Below, in pieces: positions 58,422 to 64,000 of a stretch of 64,000 nucleotides of DNA (position 1 is its first letter; every line of letters starts with the position of its first letter). The stretch is taken from NCBI GenBank assembly GCA_963669175.1, contig OY769902.1:2464001-2528000 (forward strand), given 5' to 3'. The position numbers were made by a program, and so were the translations under genes. The stretch comes from a bacterium (GTDB lineage: Bacteria > Electryoneota > Electryoneia > Electryoneales > Electryoneaceae). A model generated the notes under the pieces. That model had not been told where the DNA came from. It did no database searches and saw only the letters and a list, made by a program, of their open reading frames with translations.

Positions 58422-60673
58422 AGCTGGATCGCCGGTGGAACACAAGACCCACTTTACCTGTGCCGATGTCACGGGGGCGGGTGCTTACGGTTCTTTCCGG
58501 GCTGCTGATCCTTGCTGGCGCAATCCTTTTCCGGTTGGGCGATATCCAGTTGGTCAAGCATTCGCAGTTTACCGAACGGGCAGAAAAGCAGTACCGCAAC
58601 CGCAGGCCGATCGAACCGCTCCGGGGACGCATCCTGGATCGTTGCGGCAATGAGCTGGTTGCCAACCTGCCGAACTACTACTCGGTAGGAGTTCGTCCCT
58701 CGGATGTGCGTGATGTGAATGGCCTGTCCAGGAAGCTGGCAACGATTCTGGAAGAGCCGGTCACGGCCATACGTGCGCAGATCGAAGGCGGCCGTTCATT
58801 TGTCTGGATCGAACGCAAGGTTCGTTCGCACCTGGCGCAGCAGATTGCGGCGCTGGGCGATTCTTCACTGGTGATTCAGCGTGAGACCAAGCGTGAGTAC
58901 ACCTACGGTCCCGTTGGCGGTCAGGTACTCGGCTTTGTCGATGTAGACAACAAGGGCCGTAGTGGAATTGAACATCAGTTTGAAACCGTCCTTGCCGGTG
59001 AACCCGGTTGGGAAGTGCTTCAGAAATACGGCAGCTATCGCCAGTTGATCAACCCGGATTATCCTCGTCAGGAAGCGGTGGATGGCGGTACGGTTGTTCT
59101 TTCCATCGATGTGAACGCCCAGGCCATTGCCGAGGAAGAGCTGGAAGAAGCGGTCGAGAAATACCATGCCGCAAACGGGATGATCATTGTGACCCGTCCT
59201 TCGACCGGGGAGATCCTGGCGATGGCATCCACCCCCCGGTACGATCCGAACGATCCCGGCGACTTCAGCGCCCTGGCACGTAAGAACCGCGTAGTTACCG
59301 ACGGCTACGAGCCCGGCTCAACCTTCAAGATTGTCACCTTTGCCGCGTTGGTTGAGCAGGATCGCATGAAGATTGACGAAGTGATCAATTGCGAAAATGG
59401 GCGTTATCAGGTAGCTGACAGGGTCATTCGCGACAGTCACCCGTACGACAGGCTGACGGCGGAAGGTGTCCTGGCGAAGAGCAGTAACATCGGTACGGCA
59501 AAACTGGCCGCGCGTCTCGAGCCCAAGGAATTCTACACGGCGATCCGTGATTTCGGCTTCGGTTCAGAGACCGGGATTGAATTGACAGGTGAGACCAACG
59601 GTATTCTGCTTCCGCCGAACAAGTGGAGTGGGGTTTCCCAGGCCAATATGTCCATCGGGCAGGGGATAACTGTTACAGCGCTTCAGCTTGCCATGGCGTA
59701 CGGCGCAGTGGCCAATAACGGCATGCTGATGAAGCCACTCCTGGTTCTTTCGGTGACTCATCCTGACGGGACCACGGAATTGCGTGAGCCGCAGCCGATT
59801 CGCCGGGTGGTGCGGCCCTCGACTGCTCGCATGCTACGCCTGATGCTGGAAGAAGCGGTAATCAACGGAACCGGCGGTAATGCAAAGATCGAAGGGATTC
59901 GCGTATCGGGCAAAACCGGTACGGCGCAGAAAGTGGATCACAAGAACAGGATGTACTACCAGGACCGTTACGTGTCCTCTTTCATCGGCATGACACCGAC
60001 CGAACATCCCGAGTACCTGTGCCTGGTGGTGATCGATGATCCCCGGGGGAATATCTACTATGGCGGTTCTATTGCCGCCCCGGTTTTCAAAAGTGTTATG
60101 GAGCGCTTGCTGGTTATCCTGCCACGGCAGGATGCCATGATGGCTGACTTGCCGGATATGGATGAACACGAACCGGCTTACCAGGGAATAGAAGTTCCTC
60201 ACCTGGTAACCCTGACTCGTCGAGAAGCCAACAATAGTCTTGGCAAACTTGGCCTGAAGCCTGAATGGCTGGGTGAAGGCGACGTGGTAATCGGGCAGGG
60301 AATTCCGCCGGGAACGTCCCTGCTGGAAGGGGCTACGGTGCAGGTCGTGCTTGGTCCCTGTGCGGTTCAGGAAGGGCGTGTGATGATTCCGGATCTGTCC
60401 GGACTCGATCTTCGAGAAGCCATAGCCACGCTTTCACGAATCGGAATTCGTGCTGTAGTGGATGGGAGCGGCCCGGTGACATGGCAGAATCCGGCACAAG
60501 GCGAATTCCTGGCTGTCGGTTCGGATTGTCATCTCTATGCAGGCGAAACAGGCGAACGTAAAAAACAGCAGAACCATAAAGCGGCGGAACGTCGCAGGCT
60601 GGCACAAGCAACACCGGAAGTCCAGAAAGATGAACCGGAAACCACAACCGAACCGGGAGGGCAGGCGCAATGA
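58418..60673 (+). CDS. ftsI: Class B penicillin-binding protein FtsI with two PASTA domains
   Basis: RGRILDR, EPGSTFK (SxxK), SSN and KTGTAQK; C-terminal VPHL../IPDLSG.. PASTA repeats. Confidence 0.93.
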   Translation: MKLDRRWNTRPTLPVPMSRGRVLTVLSGLLILAGAILFRLGDIQLVKHSQFTERAEKQYRNRRPIEPLRGRILDRCGNELVANLPNYYSVGVRPSDVRDVNGLSRKLATILEEPVTAIRAQIEGGRSFVWIERKVRSHLAQQIAALGDSSLVIQRETKREYTYGPVGGQVLGFVDVDNKGRSGIEHQFETVLAGEPGWEVLQKYGSYRQLINPDYPRQEAVDGGTVVLSIDVNAQAIAEEELEEAVEKYHAANGMIIVTRPSTGEILAMASTPRYDPNDPGDFSALARKNRVVTDGYEPGSTFKIVTFAALVEQDRMKIDEVINCENGRYQVADRVIRDSHPYDRLTAEGVLAKSSNIGTAKLAARLEPKEFYTAIRDFGFGSETGIELTGETNGILLPPNKWSGVSQANMSIGQGITVTALQLAMAYGAVANNGMLMKPLLVLSVTHPDGTTELREPQPIRRVVRPSTARMLRLMLEEAVINGTGGNAKIEGIRVSGKTGTAQKVDHKNRMYYQDRYVSSFIGMTPTEHPEYLCLVVIDDPRGNIYYGGSIAAPVFKSVMERLLVILPRQDAMMADLPDMDEHEPAYQGIEVPHLVTLTRREANNSLGKLGLKPEWLGEGDVVIGQGIPPGTSLLEGATVQVVLGPCAVQEGRVMIPDLSGLDLREAIATLSRIGIRAVVDGSGPVTWQNPAQGEFLAVGSDCHLYAGETGERKKQQNHKAAERRRLAQATPEVQKDEPETTTEPGGQAQ

Positions 60674-62130
60674 TGCTGCGTGAGATAGTTTCCCGGATTG
60701 AGAACGCAACATTGACCGGGCAGGGAAACGCTGAAATCACCGGTGTGCAATATGACAGCCGGAAGGTAAAGCCGGGTGACCTGTTCTGTGCGGTTGTGGG
60801 TGGAAAGTCTGATGGAAACAAGTTCATTCCGACGGCAATAGAAAAGGGCGCTGCCGCTATCCTGACCTCTAAGCCAGATGCGGTTCCGGCTGGTGTGGAA
60901 GCAATCCTTGTGGACAATGACCGCCTGGGAATGGCGCTGGCGGCGCATGCGCTGCATTATAAATTGCTTGAAAAAGTAGATATAATCGGCATCACCGGGA
61001 CCAATGGGAAAACCACCTGCAGCATCCTGGTGCAGTCTATCCTGAAGCATGCCGGGGCGAAAGTCGGGCGAATCGGGACTCTCGGCTGGGAATTTGAAGA
61101 CGATATCGAAGATGGCAAGCTGACAACCCCGGAAGCGCCGGACCTGGTGGCACGGATCGCCGAATGGGCCGAGAAGGGCGCAACCCATATCGTGATGGAA
61201 GTGACTTCCATCGCCCTCGACATGCACCGTGTGGCCGGGTTCAACTTCGTTGGAGGACTTTTCACCAACCTGAGCCAGGATCATCTCGACCTGCACGGAA
61301 CCATGGAAGCCTATTTCCAGGCCAAGAAGCAGTTCTTTGACAACATGGACAGCGACAGCCGTGCGGTGACCAACAGCCTGGACGATTACGGGCTGCGCAT
61401 GGTGGAGGGGATCACAGTGCCAGCGGTTGGTTTCGGTTTCAATCCTTTCTGCGATATCTGGGGAGTGCTGGAAGAAGAAACCGCGCGTGGTATGAAGATT
61501 CATGTCGGCGGAGTTTACGGTGAGTTGACTGTCAACGCGCCGTTGATCGGTCGTTTCAACGCGGAAAATGTGCTGGGTAGTGTATCCCTTATGCTGGCGT
61601 TGGGAATTCCGAAGGATGCCATTGTCGCTGGGATGGCAAATGTTCCGCAGGTACGTGGACGCATGGAACGTCTGCCACTCGAAGGAAACGTGACAGCGGT
61701 AATCGATTACGCCCACACACCGGAAGCCCTGCGGAAAGCGCTGGAAGCGCTTCGTCCAGCGACGCAAGGACAGTTGATCGTTGTGTTCGGAGCCGGTGGG
61801 GATCGTGACCGTGACAAACGCCCCAAGATGGGACGCGCTGCGGTTGAGCTGGCGGATCGTGTGTTTGTTACCAGCGATAATCCTCGTACAGAAGAACCCG
61901 CCACCATCGTAGAAGAAGTACTTAAAGGCGCAACGGGTGACAAAGTGACTGCTGTGGTTGATCGTCTTGAGGCCATTCGTGCTGCGCTTGATGAGGCTAA
62001 GCCTGGCGATACAGTTCTGATAGCAGGTAAAGGGCACGAAACCTATCAGGAGGTCAATGGCGTTCGTCACCATTTCGATGATCGTGAAGAGGTGTTGAAC
62101 TATCGCAATGCAGTCGCGGAGGTGAAATAA
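60670..62130 (+). CDS. murE: UDP-MurNAc-dipeptide:meso-DAP ligase
   Basis: DSRKV, TGTNGKTT, DHLDLH, DYAHTP, DNPR (meso-DAP specificity motif) and AGKGHE. Confidence 0.96.
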   Translation: MMLREIVSRIENATLTGQGNAEITGVQYDSRKVKPGDLFCAVVGGKSDGNKFIPTAIEKGAAAILTSKPDAVPAGVEAILVDNDRLGMALAAHALHYKLLEKVDIIGITGTNGKTTCSILVQSILKHAGAKVGRIGTLGWEFEDDIEDGKLTTPEAPDLVARIAEWAEKGATHIVMEVTSIALDMHRVAGFNFVGGLFTNLSQDHLDLHGTMEAYFQAKKQFFDNMDSDSRAVTNSLDDYGLRMVEGITVPAVGFGFNPFCDIWGVLEEETARGMKIHVGGVYGELTVNAPLIGRFNAENVLGSVSLMLALGIPKDAIVAGMANVPQVRGRMERLPLEGNVTAVIDYAHTPEALRKALEALRPATQGQLIVVFGAGGDRDRDKRPKMGRAAVELADRVFVTSDNPRTEEPATIVEEVLKGATGDKVTAVVDRLEAIRAALDEAKPGDTVLIAGKGHETYQEVNGVRHHFDDREEVLNYRNAVAEVK

Positions 62131-63542
62131 TGAAGATCAGTAAAAAAGTCCTCCGTGATGCCAAGATTGAAGTCTTCGGGAACTGGGATAACAACCTGCC
62201 GAAGGTTACCCAGGATAGCCGTGAAGTAGTTGAGGGTGGCCTGTTCTGGGCGTTGGTTGGTGAGAACAGTGATGGTCATGCCTATGTCGAAGCCGCATTG
62301 AAGGACAAGAAGGCTGGGATTGTAGCTGTTAATTATAACTGGTACGATAAATCAAAAGACCTGCTCGAAGGCCATACTGTCTTTGTCATGGAAGACACGC
62401 TGGTTGGTTTGCAGAGCCTGGCAACGCAGGTCCGCAAGTCCCTTGGATCAATTGTTGTGGCTATAACCGGCTCGAATGGCAAGACAACCACACGTGAGAT
62501 GATTGCGACTGCCTTGAGCGCTGCAGGTAAGACCGGGAAAAATATCAAGAATTACAACAATCACATCGGTCTGCCGCTTTCTATCCTGAACCTGGATGGT
62601 GACGAGAAGTATGTGGTGCTGGAGCTGGGCGCGAATCATATCGGCGAAATTGAAGAATTGAGCGCAATCGCACAGCCTGGAATCGGGCTGATTACCAATA
62701 TCGGTTCGGCGCACCTGGGCGAGTTTGGCGGAATTGACGAAGTTCAGAAAGCCAAGGGTGAGTTGTTTGAGTATGTATCCACTCGTGGCATGGCAGTGGT
62801 CAATCTTGACGATGACCGCGTTGTGCAAGCTGCTTTCAGTTGTCCACAGAAGGTTGGCTTCACCCTGAGTGAAACGCCTGCCAGCTGGTCTTCATCCATC
62901 TATTCCGGGAAGATCATCAGCCAGGACAAGTGGGGACGGCCTACACTGGCAGTTGAGGGAATGACCCTGAAGCTGAAACTGCCGGGACGCCATTTCGCAT
63001 CCGGCGCATTGGCTGCGTATACGGTCGGCATAGAAGCTGGTGTAGATCCCGGAACACTCATCCAGGCGTTGGAAACAGTTGAACCGCTGGCCGGACGCGG
63101 GATGATCATCGGGCTGGATCGTGGCATTGAACTGATGGACGAGAGCTATAACGCAAACGCGTCCTCAATTGAAACAGCATTGAATAGCCTGGCCCGTCAT
63201 GACGGGTATACAATCGCAGTACTGGGGGATGTGTTCGAGCTTGGTGCGTACGAAGAGGAAGAGCATCGTAGAATCGGACGGTTTCTGAGCCTGGAAGATG
63301 TGGATCGTGTGTACTTCGTAGGATCGCGGATGGCATGGGCAGCCGAGGAGGCGGACCTGTCCGGTCATCCCTGGGTGGAACGGATGGAAGCGGAAGATGT
63401 CGCTGATGTAGCGGCGCAAATCGCTGAAGATTGCCCGGATAACACCGCGATCCTGGTGAAGGGTTCACGCGCCATGGGGCTTGAACGTGTGGTGCTCGGC
63501 CTGGCAAGGAAGTTCAAGCCAAAGGCGGAGGGCGGCGCATGA
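62130..63542 (+). CDS. murF: UDP-MurNAc-tripeptide:D-Ala-D-Ala ligase
   Basis: TGSNGKTT, NNHIGLP, ELGANH.GEI, DESYNAN and LVKGSR. Confidence 0.95.
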   Translation: MKISKKVLRDAKIEVFGNWDNNLPKVTQDSREVVEGGLFWALVGENSDGHAYVEAALKDKKAGIVAVNYNWYDKSKDLLEGHTVFVMEDTLVGLQSLATQVRKSLGSIVVAITGSNGKTTTREMIATALSAAGKTGKNIKNYNNHIGLPLSILNLDGDEKYVVLELGANHIGEIEELSAIAQPGIGLITNIGSAHLGEFGGIDEVQKAKGELFEYVSTRGMAVVNLDDDRVVQAAFSCPQKVGFTLSETPASWSSSIYSGKIISQDKWGRPTLAVEGMTLKLKLPGRHFASGALAAYTVGIEAGVDPGTLIQALETVEPLAGRGMIIGLDRGIELMDESYNANASSIETALNSLARHDGYTIAVLGDVFELGAYEEEEHRRIGRFLSLEDVDRVYFVGSRMAWAAEEADLSGHPWVERMEAEDVADVAAQIAEDCPDNTAILVKGSRAMGLERVVLGLARKFKPKAEGGA

Positions 63543-64000
63543 ACCCGGTTTATTCAAGTGGTGAACTGAAGGACAAGATGGCCTGGGTGATCGGTCTGGC
63601 GAGAAGCGGTTTTGCTGCAGCAAAGCTACTACGTTTGACCGGGGCTGAAGTTTTTGTGACTGAACGCAGTGATGCGTCCAATCTCGGCGACATGATCGCC
63701 GAACTCGAAGCGATGGGTGTGGAAGTTCAGGTCGGCGGGCATGACCTGAAGGGGAAAACGCCGCCGGATTTTGCGGTGGTAAGCCCTGGAATTCCGTTGA
63801 GTGCACCCGTTATCCAGTGGTTACGGGATCGTGGCCGTCCGGTGTACAGCGAAATCGAAGTGGCCTACTGGTTCTATTACGGGACAACCGTAGCGATCAC
63901 CGGAACCAACGGCAAGACCACCGTCACACGCTGGCTGACCCATATGCTGCGTGAAGCGGGGCTGGATGCTCGCGCGGCGGGGAACATCGGCTATCCTTTC
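63539..64000 (+). CDS. murD: UDP-MurNAc-L-Ala:D-Glu ligase, 3'-truncated by the window edge
   Basis: The ATG overlaps the murF stop (ATGA). Translation MNPVYSSGELKDKMAWVIGLARSG..VVSPGIP..SEIE..ITGTNGKTT..AGNIGYP is MurD-typical. Confidence 0.92.
   Translation, partial: MNPVYSSGELKDKMAWVIGLARSGFAAAKLLRLTGAEVFVTERSDASNLGDMIAELEAMGVEVQVGGHDLKGKTPPDFAVVSPGIPLSAPVIQWLRDRGRPVYSEIEVAYWFYYGTTVAITGTNGKTTVTRWLTHMLREAGLDARAAGNIGYPF

Noticed and set aside
60535-62073. 512 aa minus-strand ORF
   Set aside because: Antisense to murE; shadow ORF.

Overview
A 64 kb bacterial chromosomal segment from a diderm organism. It carries LPS core/Kdo transferases and two secreted proteins with T9SS-type C-terminal sorting domains, which suggests an FCB-superphylum lineage (inference). 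Several Na+-type transporters are also present. Housekeeping blocks are GT9-waaA-ECF ATPase-ackA, yceD-rpmF-plsX-fabH-fabD-fabG-acpP-fabF-rnc-acyl-CoA dehydrogenase, asd, a SurA/PpiD chaperone, miaB, and the start of the dcw cluster (mraZ-rsmH-ftsL-ftsI-murE-murF-murD, with no mraY between murF and murD). Accessory genes include a heme-c-motif hybrid kinase, an RND efflux operon whose TolC is fused to a substrate-binding-like domain, a macrodomain gene between two paralogous Zn-ribbon ORFs, an S8 protease, and a DUF3857/transglutaminase pair. An ABC-F ATPase is preceded by a Met-Ile-Asn leader ORF and an RBS-sequestering stem, resembling antibiotic-sensing attenuators. Three families of short intergenic inverted repeats recur, including a mirror-symmetric A+B composite present at three loci. 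No rRNA, tRNA, CRISPR array or transposase gene was recognised. All family assignments come from motifs read by eye; no database search was run.
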